DNA of 64,000 bases, taken from assembly GCA_023898465.1 (NCBI GenBank), contig CP060223.1, forward strand, positions 928,001 through 992,000. Reading direction: 5' to 3'. This DNA is from Candidatus Nomurabacteria bacterium. Its GTDB lineage: Bacteria > Patescibacteriota > Patescibacteriia > HK-STAS-PATE-3. How positions within the stretch are numbered: the stretch's first letter is position 1; the number at the start of each line of letters is the position of its first letter. Under the pieces are notes generated by a model. It worked only from the letters and a program-made list of their open reading frames with translations. It was not told the origin of the DNA and searched no databases. Below are positions 36,883 through 45,673 of the stretch, in pieces. The position numbers and the translations under genes were made by a program.

Positions 36883-37135
36883 CCTATTTCATCTACCCGT
36901 TGAAACAAAAAGTGGCCAAGCCCTGGGTCACATTGATGATATTGAACTTGATCCGATGACGCAACAAGTTCTTCGGTATTATGTGAAAAGCGGTCATCTA
37001 GTTGCCGCGCTTTTGCAAAAAGAGCTCATCGTTGCCGCTGAGCAAGTACTGAGTATTACTGAAGAAAAAATGGTGGTGGATGACCTCGTGCTACCACAAG
37101 CTGATGAAGGTATTGCCTCAGCTACGAGCGCCTGA
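36857..37135 (+). CDS. PRC-barrel-like domain protein
   Basis: SD AAGGAG lies 4 nt before ATG 36857. LFHLPVETKSGQALGHIDDIELDPMTQQVLRYYV has a PRC-barrel-like pattern. It overlaps the yidC 3' end. Confidence 0.45.
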   Translation: MTSPLRKHSLFHLPVETKSGQALGHIDDIELDPMTQQVLRYYVKSGHLVAALLQKELIVAAEQVLSITEEKMVVDDLVLPQADEGIASATSA

Positions 37136-37594
37136 TGGTTTTGTGACGCTAATTTCCCTCCCCATTTTCCCTTTCGGAGTGATGGTTATCCGATAGGTAG
37201 GCACTTGAGGCCACTCAAGCCTTTTTCCTTTTGGCCACTCAACTACAGTCACAGTATTTTTTTGCCCAAGGTATTCACTCATACCTAGGTCTTCTACTTC
37301 AGCAAAGCTACCTAGGCGATAGGCATCAATGTGCATGAGTCGTTGTATTTTCTTCCCCAGGGTTGAATACATTTTTACCAGCACAAAGGTGGGGCTACGG
37401 ACCGGCTCCTTTACCCCAAGTGATTTTGCTAGGGCCTGGGTAAAGGTGGTTTTTCCAGCCCCTACCGGGCCGTAAAGCAGGACTAATGTGCCGCCCAGGT
37501 TTTGGCGGGAGAATTTTTGGGCAAAGCGGCGGGTATCAGCCGGACTGCTGCTGTAGTAGGTTTCTGGGGTGGCCAGATGTCTTGACGTAGGCAT
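37118..37594 (-). CDS. tsaE: tRNA threonylcarbamoyladenosine biosynthesis ATPase TsaE
   Basis: LLYGPVGAGKTTFTQALAKSLGV (P-loop) and ~158 aa. Confidence 0.8.
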   Translation of the reverse strand: MPTSRHLATPETYYSSSPADTRRFAQKFSRQNLGGTLVLLYGPVGAGKTTFTQALAKSLGVKEPVRSPTFVLVKMYSTLGKKIQRLMHIDAYRLGSFAEVEDLGMSEYLGQKNTVTVVEWPKGKRLEWPQVPTYRITITPKGKMGREISVTKPSGARS

Positions 37595-37641
37595 AATCTA
37601 TAGCTATACTATCCTATTCTTTATCTACCCAGCAATTTTTC

Positions 37642-38793
37642 ATGGAACTCTCGACCAAGGAGCAAGTTGTTGATGCGCTGCGTTCGCGTGAAAGCATCCT
37701 CATCGTATTGCCAAAAAATCCCAGCCCAGATGCCATAGCTTCTGGGGCGGCCCTGTCTACTATTTTGCGGGCCATGCAAAAAGAAATCCGGATTGTTTCG
37801 AGTGATTTTCAATTTCCTTCCTCACTAGGCTTTTTGCCTGCTCGGCCTGATATCCATACCGACCTGGACGCTGACCGTAAGCTGGTTATTAGTCTCGCTC
37901 TCAAGGAGACCAAACTAGGCGAGCTATCGTATGACGTGCAAGATGACATGTTGAAAATTTTTATTACCCCAAAGGGAAAAGGTTTCCATGAAAAGGATGT
38001 GAAGGCGTCATTAGGAGAATATAACTTTTCACTCATCATCACCCTCGACACACCATCCCTGCAAAGCCTGGGTCCGCTTTTTGAACAAAACGCCGATCTC
38101 TTTTATCAGGTTCCGATTGTAAACATTGATCATCATCCGACAAACGATTCCTTTGGGCAGATTAACTATGTTGATTTAGTAGCGACGTCGACCTCAGAAA
38201 TTGTGCTTGATCTTATTCAAGAGCTAAAACCTGATGTGTTAGATGACGCTATGGCAACAAATTTACTGACTGGAATTATCACAAAGACCCGATGCTTCCG
38301 TAGTCCAAGCGTTACCCCAAAAGCGCTCTCTGTCGCCTCTCATTTAATTGAGATGGGAGCAAAGCGAGAAGATATTGTGCGACATCTTTATCAAACACAT
38401 TCACTCACCGCTCTGAAACTATGGGGACGAGCCTTAGCACGATTAAAAGAGGCGCATCACGGACAGTTTGTCTGGACTATTTTGAATCGCCAGGACTTCC
38501 AAAAATCTGGAGCGGATGCCCGAGCCTTGCACGGAGTAATTGATGAGTTGATTGTAAACATGCCTCGCGCTCGAGTGATTCTAGTAGTCTATGAGGGGGA
38601 AGATGGTCAAATTCATGGTTTGGCCCAGAGCGATAAGCAAATTCGTAATCTTGCCTTGTTTAAAGACTTTCAACCAAGCGGCACAGACGAGTACGCTGAG
38701 TTGCGTTTCCCAGATGAGAGCCTTGAAATTGTGGAAGCAAAAGTAGCAGAGCGAGTCGAAGCATATTTTCGAACGCAAGGACTTCTCTCCTAA
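37642..38793 (+). CDS. nrnA: DHH/DHHA1 phosphoesterase (NrnA-like bifunctional oligoribonuclease/pAp phosphatase)
   Basis: NIDHHPTND (DHH motif), with upstream DxD motifs and a DHHA1-like C-terminus. Confidence 0.7.
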   Translation: MELSTKEQVVDALRSRESILIVLPKNPSPDAIASGAALSTILRAMQKEIRIVSSDFQFPSSLGFLPARPDIHTDLDADRKLVISLALKETKLGELSYDVQDDMLKIFITPKGKGFHEKDVKASLGEYNFSLIITLDTPSLQSLGPLFEQNADLFYQVPIVNIDHHPTNDSFGQINYVDLVATSTSEIVLDLIQELKPDVLDDAMATNLLTGIITKTRCFRSPSVTPKALSVASHLIEMGAKREDIVRHLYQTHSLTALKLWGRALARLKEAHHGQFVWTILNRQDFQKSGADARALHGVIDELIVNMPRARVILVVYEGEDGQIHGLAQSDKQIRNLALFKDFQPSGTDEYAELRFPDESLEIVEAKVAERVEAYFRTQGLLS

Positions 38794-38851
38794 GCAGTAG
38801 CCCCCAGGTTCCGTTCTCCTCCTGAAGCGTGTATACTTGAGAGGCTGTATT

Positions 38852-40561
38852 ATGGTAGCTACATCCTCATCTTCCAACACTAGTTCATCTCACTCCATCC
38901 CGATTGCTCCAAAAGAAGTCGAGCAGCGTTTTGATAGAAAAATGGAGCAAATGAAGCAGCGAGAATTAGAGCGTCAGGTGCGCGATGAGGCCATTCGGCG
39001 AGGTTTGGGATATACCACCTTAGTAGGAGTGCCGATTGACCAAGACAGCCTCAAGGCCATACCCCGCGAAACTGCGCTGCAAAGGAAAATGATTTGCTTC
39101 AACCGTAGTCGCGAAGAAATGCGTGTAGCCGTACTTGATCCGAATCAAGAGGGTTTGGATGAGTTGCTGCAAAAATTAAGTGAGGAACAAAACCTGGCGA
39201 TCGGTCTCTACCTTGTTTCGCCAAAAAGTATTCAGGCAGCCTTAACGCAGTATGATACTTTGCCGCAAATTAAACCCCAAGTGAGTGGCGTGCAAGTAAC
39301 AGAAAAAGATTTGAATCGCTTCCGCAAAGAACCAACCCTACTCAAAGACCTGGAGGATCAACTCAATCGCATTCCAGTTACTGATGTGTTGAGTTTATTA
39401 CTCGCTAGTGCAACACAATCCCGAGCAACAGATATTCATATTGAGGCTGAGGAAAATGACGTGAAGATTCGCTTCCGTATTGATGGCATCCTACATACCG
39501 TTGCTACCTTACCAAAAGAGTCATGGAAAAAACTTATTAGCCGTATCAAGATTTTGGCCGGCCTGAAGCTAAACATTGAAGACAAGCCACAGGATGGTCG
39601 CATTACTTTACGACTCAGCGACGATGAAGTTGATATCCGTGTTTCCACCGTACCTACTGCCTATGGCGAGAGCGTGGCCCTTCGTTTACTTCTCGCTTCA
39701 GAGGCTGGACTTACCTTAGACGACCTGGGATTGCGTGGACAAGCCTTCGAGCAGTTGAAGCGAGAAATTAGTCGACCAAATGGCATGATAATTACCACTG
39801 GTCCAACCGGGTCCGGTAAAACCACGACGCTCTATGCTTTCTTAAAGCAGTTAAATCGACCAGAAACAAAAATCCTTACCCTGGAGGATCCGATTGAATA
39901 TAAGCTGGAAGGCATTAATCAGAGCCAAGTGAATCCCGAGGAAGGGTACAATTTTGTGCGCGGATTAAAGCACGCCCTCCGACAAGACCCAGACATTGTT
40001 ATGGTCGGTGAAATTCGTGATTTGGAAACTGCCGAGATTGCTATACAAGCGACACTGACTGGTCACTTAGTGATAAGCACGCTGCATACCAATAATGCGG
40101 CCGGTGCAGTGCCGCGTTTCTTATCGCTTGGCGTGAAGCCATTCTTACTCGCTCCCGCCCTGAATGCAGTTATTGGTCAGCGTCTGGTACGGCGCTTGTG
40201 TCAGGAATGTAAAAAGCCAGCTGAGTTGGATGGTGAGACAAGCCAGCGGATTAAAGAGTATTTAGAAAAAATTCCCGAGGATTCAAAGTTCCGACCAGAC
40301 ATGTCAAAACCGCTTACCTTCTACATCGGCGGCGGCTGTGAAGTCTGCGGCGGCATTGGCTATCAGGGTCGTGTTGGTATCTACGAAGTGATGACCATGA
40401 ACCAAGAGTTGGAAAAGCTAGTACTGGCCGGAAACACGTCTGAATATGATATTGAGGCTAATGCGGTAAAGCACGGCATGATTACCATGGTGCAGGACGG
40501 TTTACTAAAAGCACTCGACGGCATTACTTCAGTAGACGAAGTCTTCCGCGTCGCGGAATAA
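38852..40561 (+). CDS. pilB: type IV pilus / type II secretion assembly ATPase (PilB/GspE family)
   Basis: GPTGSGKTTTLYA (Walker A), DPIE…, a CxxC…CxxC tetracysteine and an N-terminal GSPII_E_N-like domain. SD GAGAGG precedes ATG 38852. Confidence 0.85.
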   Translation: MVATSSSSNTSSSHSIPIAPKEVEQRFDRKMEQMKQRELERQVRDEAIRRGLGYTTLVGVPIDQDSLKAIPRETALQRKMICFNRSREEMRVAVLDPNQEGLDELLQKLSEEQNLAIGLYLVSPKSIQAALTQYDTLPQIKPQVSGVQVTEKDLNRFRKEPTLLKDLEDQLNRIPVTDVLSLLLASATQSRATDIHIEAEENDVKIRFRIDGILHTVATLPKESWKKLISRIKILAGLKLNIEDKPQDGRITLRLSDDEVDIRVSTVPTAYGESVALRLLLASEAGLTLDDLGLRGQAFEQLKREISRPNGMIITTGPTGSGKTTTLYAFLKQLNRPETKILTLEDPIEYKLEGINQSQVNPEEGYNFVRGLKHALRQDPDIVMVGEIRDLETAEIAIQATLTGHLVISTLHTNNAAGAVPRFLSLGVKPFLLAPALNAVIGQRLVRRLCQECKKPAELDGETSQRIKEYLEKIPEDSKFRPDMSKPLTFYIGGGCEVCGGIGYQGRVGIYEVMTMNQELEKLVLAGNTSEYDIEANAVKHGMITMVQDGLLKALDGITSVDEVFRVAE

Positions 40562-40592
40562 GGAAAGCAGCTCCGTCAATTGACTAGAGCTG

Positions 40593-40841
40593 CTATGTGT
40601 TGAGTGCGGTGATCACTGAATGATCAACTAGCACGCCTTGACGTCCTTCCACCTCTACCGGAAGCGTGATTCCAGAAAGGCTTAACCTCTCAGTATCACT
40701 CTTCCAAAGAAGAAGAACGTAGTTGTTGAGGAGCTCGCCCGGGGGCAGTGCATACACATCGAAGTGATCGCTTGAGGCGATCGGATCGCTGCTTGCAGCC
40801 CTTTGAGCACGCTCGAGTAGCCCGTCAGAGAGTTGTATCAT
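40593..40841 (-). CDS. hypothetical small protein (downstream of kinase gene, same strand)
   Basis: SD GGGAGG lies 9 nt upstream of the ATG. No family was recognised. Confidence 0.3.
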   Translation of the reverse strand: MIQLSDGLLERAQRAASSDPIASSDHFDVYALPPGELLNNYVLLLWKSDTERLSLSGITLPVEVEGRQGVLVDHSVITALNT

Positions 40842-40918
40842 AGCTGATTTCCTCCCACATTTGGTTGTTCTCTGATGAGGGTCGTGGAATATACCATGGT
40901 TGTTTTATTTGGTCAAGA

Positions 40919-41650
40919 CTACGCGGCAATTAACTCATCCGAGTAGGCTCGTTCAGTAATTTCATTTAATATATATTCGTCACGGCGAAGGTTTGAGATG
41001 GTGACCATTTGACCATCCTTAAACATCTCTGCTTGATAAATTTCTTGATCTGACTCCGAGCTGAGAGTGACTTTTGCATCACCGAAATCGATAATATAAA
41101 AATTTCCCTCATTATCAATCATCACATTTCCGAAGTGTAAATCACGATGATAAATATTTGCTTCGTGCAGCTGTAAAATCATTTGCTTGAGCTGGTCCCT
41201 CATTTCCTTAATTTCGCTTTTCTCAAAACGACGTCCTTCCCTTTTCATATCACGAAACCATTGTTCAAGTGTGCGACCCTCGATTGCCTTCATAGCAAGT
41301 AAGGCGTGAAAATCGCCATTGCCTTCTCGACTTTCAATATATGCTAAGAGAGGAGGAACCCGTATTCCCGCCCGTTCTGCTTCTTGATGAATTTCAAATT
41401 CTCGGCGGAGGGTGTTTACTGTTGCGTGAGGGTCATGGATTGTTTTTGTGCACGTTTTATCAGAGTAGAAAGGATCTTGACCAACCCAGACTTCTCCTGA
41501 TTTTCCAATTCCGAGCTGTTCTCGTCTCTCATATTGTTCTTGAAAATGCTCCAGTAGCTCTCGAGCTGTCTCATCTATTTCAAATTCCTTAGCCTCAGCG
41601 TTTCGACCTCGGAAATATTCAGTGGTAAATTGGGCGCGTTCAATGCTCAT
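40919..41650 (-). CDS. small eukaryotic-like protein kinase-fold protein (Ser/Thr kinase-like)
   Basis: Gly-rich loop LGIGKSGEVWVG, catalytic loop YHRDLHFGNVMI and a DFG motif IIDFGDA. Confidence 0.6.
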   Translation of the reverse strand: MSIERAQFTTEYFRGRNAEAKEFEIDETARELLEHFQEQYERREQLGIGKSGEVWVGQDPFYSDKTCTKTIHDPHATVNTLRREFEIHQEAERAGIRVPPLLAYIESREGNGDFHALLAMKAIEGRTLEQWFRDMKREGRRFEKSEIKEMRDQLKQMILQLHEANIYHRDLHFGNVMIDNEGNFYIIDFGDAKVTLSSESDQEIYQAEMFKDGQMVTISNLRRDEYILNEITERAYSDELIAA

Positions 41651-41661
41651 GTATTGAGGTA

Positions 41662-44202
41662 TTAACTGCTGCTCAAACTACTTAGTTGTTCCTTCAGGTT
41701 GCTAATATCCTCCTGCGTGGAAGCGCGTAATTCCTCCGGGATACGTGGATTATTGAGCATCGCCTCTTTTTTGGCAATGAGCTGCGTTAAACGCTCTCCT
41801 TCTTTTTCTAACCATTCGGCAAAGGCGGCGACTCGCGGGCGAGGGAAGCTTAATTCCAAGGCCCCGAGCTGAAGCTTGCTCGCATCCTTAGCTGCCGGGC
41901 CAAATGAAATCTTGGTGAGTTTTTCTAAGAGCTCAGTCGCATATCCCGTCTTACTGAGTAAGTGCGCGTGTTCTTCAGTGCTAATTCCGCTATGGGCCTT
42001 AAATGCGCGCAGTGATTGTACGGTTTGTTGGAAGCGTTGGAATTCTTTTTCTGCCTCCAGGTCAATAAAGGTTTTTTGCGGCTGCGGCCAGGCGCTAACA
42101 ATGAGCATTGAGCCCTTGGGATAGAGTTCGCGCCAAATGCGTTCAGTGAAAAAGGGGAGGTAGGGATGGAGCATCTTCAAGATGTGCTCGAGCACGTGTC
42201 GGATGACCGCCGGGTTATTTTCCGTTTTGGCAACTTCTAAATACCAGTCAGCAAATTCATGCCAGGCGAAAGTATATACTTCCTCAGCAGCCGCGCTAAA
42301 ACGATAAGCGTTGAGATGTTCAGTACTTGTTTTAATGCAAGTCTGAAGTCGGGAGAGAATCCATTGGTCAGCCAGACTATGGGCTGCCAAAGTAGTTTCT
42401 TTTTCTTCCACGCCCTGCAAAAGCGCAAAGCGGCTAATATTCCAGAGCTTGTTTACAAAGTTGCGATACGCAGCAATTTTTTGCTCTGATAAACGAGTGT
42501 CATTTCCCGGCGTTGTCCCAATAATGAGGGAGAGTCGTGTGGCGTCAGCGCCATACTTATCAGCCATCTCAAGCGGGTCAATACCATTACCGAGAGACTT
42601 TGACATTTTTCGTCCATGTTCATCACGCACCAGGCCGTGGAGATAGACTGTTTGAAATGGAACCTCTTGTAGGGCATAGGTAGACATGAGAATCATGCGG
42701 GCTACCCAGAAGAAGAGTATGTCATAACCTGTTTCCATGACGCTGGTTGGATGGAAGCGTTTGAGATCCTCAGTCTGCTTTGGCCAACCCAAAGTAGAGA
42801 AGGTCCATAAGCCAGATGAGAACCAGGTATCAAGCGTATCTGATGATTGTTGCCACTCCTTTCCCTTAGGGGCTTTTTCGCCAACATGGATTTCCTTTTG
42901 CTCAGGATTTTTTTCTGATGGACGTTCCCAAACTGGCAAACGATGACCGTACCAAATTTGTCGCGAGATATTCCAATCATGCAGATTTTCCATCCAGTGC
43001 TGGTAAATCTTTTTAAAGCGAGATGGCACGAAAGCTATTTCATCTTGAGTAGCTACCTCTAAAGCTCGCTGCTTCAGGCTTTTTCCATTCAATTTCTTTG
43101 TTGGGGTATCAACACTAATAAACCATTGTTCAGACGGGAGAGGCTCTAGCGCAGTGCCGCAGCGATAACAGGTTGCCAGGTTGTGGTTGTAGTTTTCGTC
43201 AATGTGATCAACCAGTCCTTTTTCTTGAAGAATCTCTACCACCTTCTTTCTCGCTTCTTGTACATCGATGCCAGCATAGGTGCCAGCAGCTTCGGTGAGC
43301 TTGCCTTGTTCATTGATAATTTTTTCGACCGGCAGTTGATATTTTTTAGCCAACTCAAAATCAAGTAGGCTATGACCCGGTGTGATCGTCATTGCACCAC
43401 TGCCAAGTTTCGGATCAGCTGATTCGTCCGCAATCACTCGAGCAGTGATTGGGCCATTGATCCACTCCAGTGCGAATTCTTTATCGATCATATCTCGGTA
43501 GCGCGTATCATCCGGATGAACAATAATTACCTTATCGCCGAATTTCGTTTCTGGACGGGCGGTACCAATAATCACCGGACCGTATTTGAAATAGTAGAAG
43601 GGTGCTTTTTCTTCCTTATACTCGACCTCGTCATCAGCTAAAGTGGATTGACAGCGAGTGCACCAATTTACTACCCGTTGACCACGGTAAATGAGACCGT
43701 CTTCATACATTTGTATAAACATGGTTTGGACGGCCTTGCTTAGACCCTCATCAAGTGTGAAGCGTTCACGGCTCCAATCACAAGAAGCACCGAGTCGTTT
43801 CATCTGTTCGGTAATTTGACCTTGCGATTCTTTTACAAATTTTTCTACCAGCTTGAGAAATTTTTCTCGACCCAAATCGTCCTTAGTTTTTTTTTCAGCC
43901 TTAAGTTTCTTCTCCACAACATTTTGAGTTGCAATTGCAGCATGATCTGTGCCGGGTAACCAGAGCGTTCGTTCACCCTTCATCCGATGATAGCGTACGA
44001 GGGTGTCTTGAAGAGCAATCATCACAGCGTGACCCATATGAAGATTTGCTGTGGTGTTTGGTGGCGGTAAGGCAATCGAAAAAGTAGGGGCACTCTCTGG
44101 TACTTTTAATTTATCTGGATTAAAGGCGCCGGACTTTTCCCACGCTTCGTAAATACCTTTTTCTTCTTCTTTTGGATTGTAGGTTTTGGAGAGCTCTTTC
44201 AT
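41662..44202 (-). CDS. valS: valine--tRNA ligase
   Basis: PPPNTTANLHMGHAV (HIGH), KMSKSLGN, an editing CP1 domain and a C-terminal coiled coil. 846 aa. Confidence 0.85.
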   Translation of the reverse strand: MKELSKTYNPKEEEKGIYEAWEKSGAFNPDKLKVPESAPTFSIALPPPNTTANLHMGHAVMIALQDTLVRYHRMKGERTLWLPGTDHAAIATQNVVEKKLKAEKKTKDDLGREKFLKLVEKFVKESQGQITEQMKRLGASCDWSRERFTLDEGLSKAVQTMFIQMYEDGLIYRGQRVVNWCTRCQSTLADDEVEYKEEKAPFYYFKYGPVIIGTARPETKFGDKVIIVHPDDTRYRDMIDKEFALEWINGPITARVIADESADPKLGSGAMTITPGHSLLDFELAKKYQLPVEKIINEQGKLTEAAGTYAGIDVQEARKKVVEILQEKGLVDHIDENYNHNLATCYRCGTALEPLPSEQWFISVDTPTKKLNGKSLKQRALEVATQDEIAFVPSRFKKIYQHWMENLHDWNISRQIWYGHRLPVWERPSEKNPEQKEIHVGEKAPKGKEWQQSSDTLDTWFSSGLWTFSTLGWPKQTEDLKRFHPTSVMETGYDILFFWVARMILMSTYALQEVPFQTVYLHGLVRDEHGRKMSKSLGNGIDPLEMADKYGADATRLSLIIGTTPGNDTRLSEQKIAAYRNFVNKLWNISRFALLQGVEEKETTLAAHSLADQWILSRLQTCIKTSTEHLNAYRFSAAAEEVYTFAWHEFADWYLEVAKTENNPAVIRHVLEHILKMLHPYLPFFTERIWRELYPKGSMLIVSAWPQPQKTFIDLEAEKEFQRFQQTVQSLRAFKAHSGISTEEHAHLLSKTGYATELLEKLTKISFGPAAKDASKLQLGALELSFPRPRVAAFAEWLEKEGERLTQLIAKKEAMLNNPRIPEELRASTQEDISNLKEQLSSLSSS

Positions 44203-44209
44203 TGGAGAT

Positions 44210-44530
44210 TTTCTTGGATAAATAAAAACGCCTTACTGTTTGTAAGGGTCCACGATGTTGCATCGGGACGGTACCACCTTACTCGCCCTCCGTAGCCTCG
44301 TGCGAAGGAGGGCTTCCGAAGAACTCTTCATTGACGCATGCTGACGGATGCGATCCGGCCAACTTACCTCAGTACCACCTAGGGTACAGGATTCAGTTAG
44401 CAGCTTCCCCAAGGGACACAATGTCTAATACATAGCCAGACAATCTTGGGTTAAGTGCTTTTCGTGAAATGAGAAATAACTGCTTCGATAGTAGGCTTTT
44501 TTCATAAGTCAGTCAAGAACGCTTGACCAA
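44210..44530 (-). promoter_or_regulatory. putative T-box riboswitch leader of valS
   Basis: The minus-strand leader (~330 nt) contains AGUAAGGUGGUACCGUC, which resembles the T-box consensus AGGGUGGNACCGCG. A terminator follows 20 nt downstream, before ATG: ccttacaaacagtaagg then CGUUUUU. The Stem I specifier loop was not resolved. Confidence 0.4.
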
Positions 44531-44597
44531 GTTTTATTATCTACGCTAGGGTCAGAATAGATTTTGCAATGGCTGTTTGACAATGGAGGAAAAAGCG

Positions 44598-44909
44598 ATG
44601 AGCTGCAATCCACGGAATGTGCGGAATCGTCGACGGAATCTGTACGTAGCCCTTGGCCGTTTGGGGTTGCCACCGGATCAGCATCAGGAAGAGAAGCGGA
44701 AGATACGTGATGCCTGTCGTCATGGCAGGGCCTACGTGTTGCCTCCTCGCCGCGGTCGATCCATTTCCAAGCCGGTCTGTCGACCGTGTAATGGGAAGGG
44801 AAAGCGCGACTGTCATCTCTGTAATGGCAGGAGTAGTGGATGCTACTACTGCAATTACACTGGCAAGAAGACTTGCAACGTTTGCATGGGTGAGGGAGTG
44901 ACTACCTAG
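44598..44909 (+). CDS. small protein with four CxxCxGxG repeats (DnaJ-type zinc-finger-like), GC-rich island 3
   Basis: CRPCNGKG, CHLCNGRS, CYYCNYTG, CNVCMGEG. SD GGAGG lies 8 nt before ATG 44598. Confidence 0.4.
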   Translation: MSCNPRNVRNRRRNLYVALGRLGLPPDQHQEEKRKIRDACRHGRAYVLPPRRGRSISKPVCRPCNGKGKRDCHLCNGRSSGCYYCNYTGKKTCNVCMGEGVTT

Positions 44910-44924
44910 GAGTAAGGAGCTTCG

Positions 44925-45176
44925 ATGTCACAGAAGCGGCGTGGGCACTTGCTCATGCAAACGAACGTGGTAGGACTTGGACTTATCGCGATTTGGTATA
45001 CACCAGTTGGAAAAAGTCGACACGAGCTTGTTTCCTGGACAGTTACTTTTTCCTGTGGAGAAGTGTGTAGAATCAGAGGCCGCAGCCAGCACGAAATCAT
45101 AGCAACGTCTCGTCGTGAACACGGTGAATGTCGTCTGGGGTCTGCCTGTAGAGTGATTGCCTGCGACGAGCTGTGA
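44925..45176 (+). CDS. hypothetical small protein (GC-rich island 3)
   Basis: Good SD AAGGAG, then 5 nt, then the ATG. It has a hydrophobic N-terminal segment. Confidence 0.3.
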   Translation: MSQKRRGHLLMQTNVVGLGLIAIWYTPVGKSRHELVSWTVTFSCGEVCRIRGRSQHEIIATSRREHGECRLGSACRVIACDEL

Positions 45177-45458
45177 CACTTCCTTGCTCGGTTGTTGTCC
45201 GAGGCTGCTTGTCGTATACTAGATCTAGCGCCTCTCTTGCGAGGCATCAACAGAGCACCTTCACATACAGAAGGAGGATCTCATGAAGATCAGGTCTCCC
45301 GTGAGCGTTGTCGTATCTCCGACTGCCGATGTTGATCGGCTCAACGCCTCCGGGAAGGAGGTGGTCCTAATCGAGAGGTCCTAGGAGGCGTTGTGGGTTT
45401 CTGACGGCCATACTGTGTGTGGCCGTCGTTTCTTTGCCGCAGAATCCAGGGAGGGAGT

Positions 45459-45635
45459 ATGTCGAAGGAGGAATCGAATTCTGCCCTAGGGGACTTTGTC
45501 TCAACCGTGCTGGGTTTCCTCGGTGCGCTCGCAGTCATGTTTGCTGCGTTGCTCGGCGCCCTGCTTCTCGCCTTCGTGAAAACACCGGATCTCGATCCAT
45601 ATGATGATCGTGGTCCGGTCTCTCGACAGCATTGA
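45459..45635 (+). CDS. hypothetical small membrane protein (GC-rich island 3)
   Basis: GGGAGGGAG precedes ATG 45459. It has one TM helix (VLGFLGALAVMFAALLGALLLAFV). Confidence 0.3.
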   Translation: MSKEESNSALGDFVSTVLGFLGALAVMFAALLGALLLAFVKTPDLDPYDDRGPVSRQH

Positions 45636-45673
45636 CTGACATCCACCTCTCTAGGCAACTAGGGAGGTTTTGC

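Noticed and set aside
44233-44421. 62-aa minus-strand ORF in the valS upstream region
   Set aside because: It lies inside the putative T-box leader and has no SD. The region is better explained as structured RNA.
44203-44540. Possibility that the valS upstream region encodes RNase P RNA, tmRNA or SRP RNA on the + strand
   Set aside because: None of the hallmark conserved boxes is present. These are RNase P GGAAAGUCCGG and AGGGUGAAANGG, tmRNA GGGGCUGAUUCUGGAUUCGACG and the SRP GGUGCUGUUUACCAGG-type helix 8. The minus-strand T-box-like core fits better.
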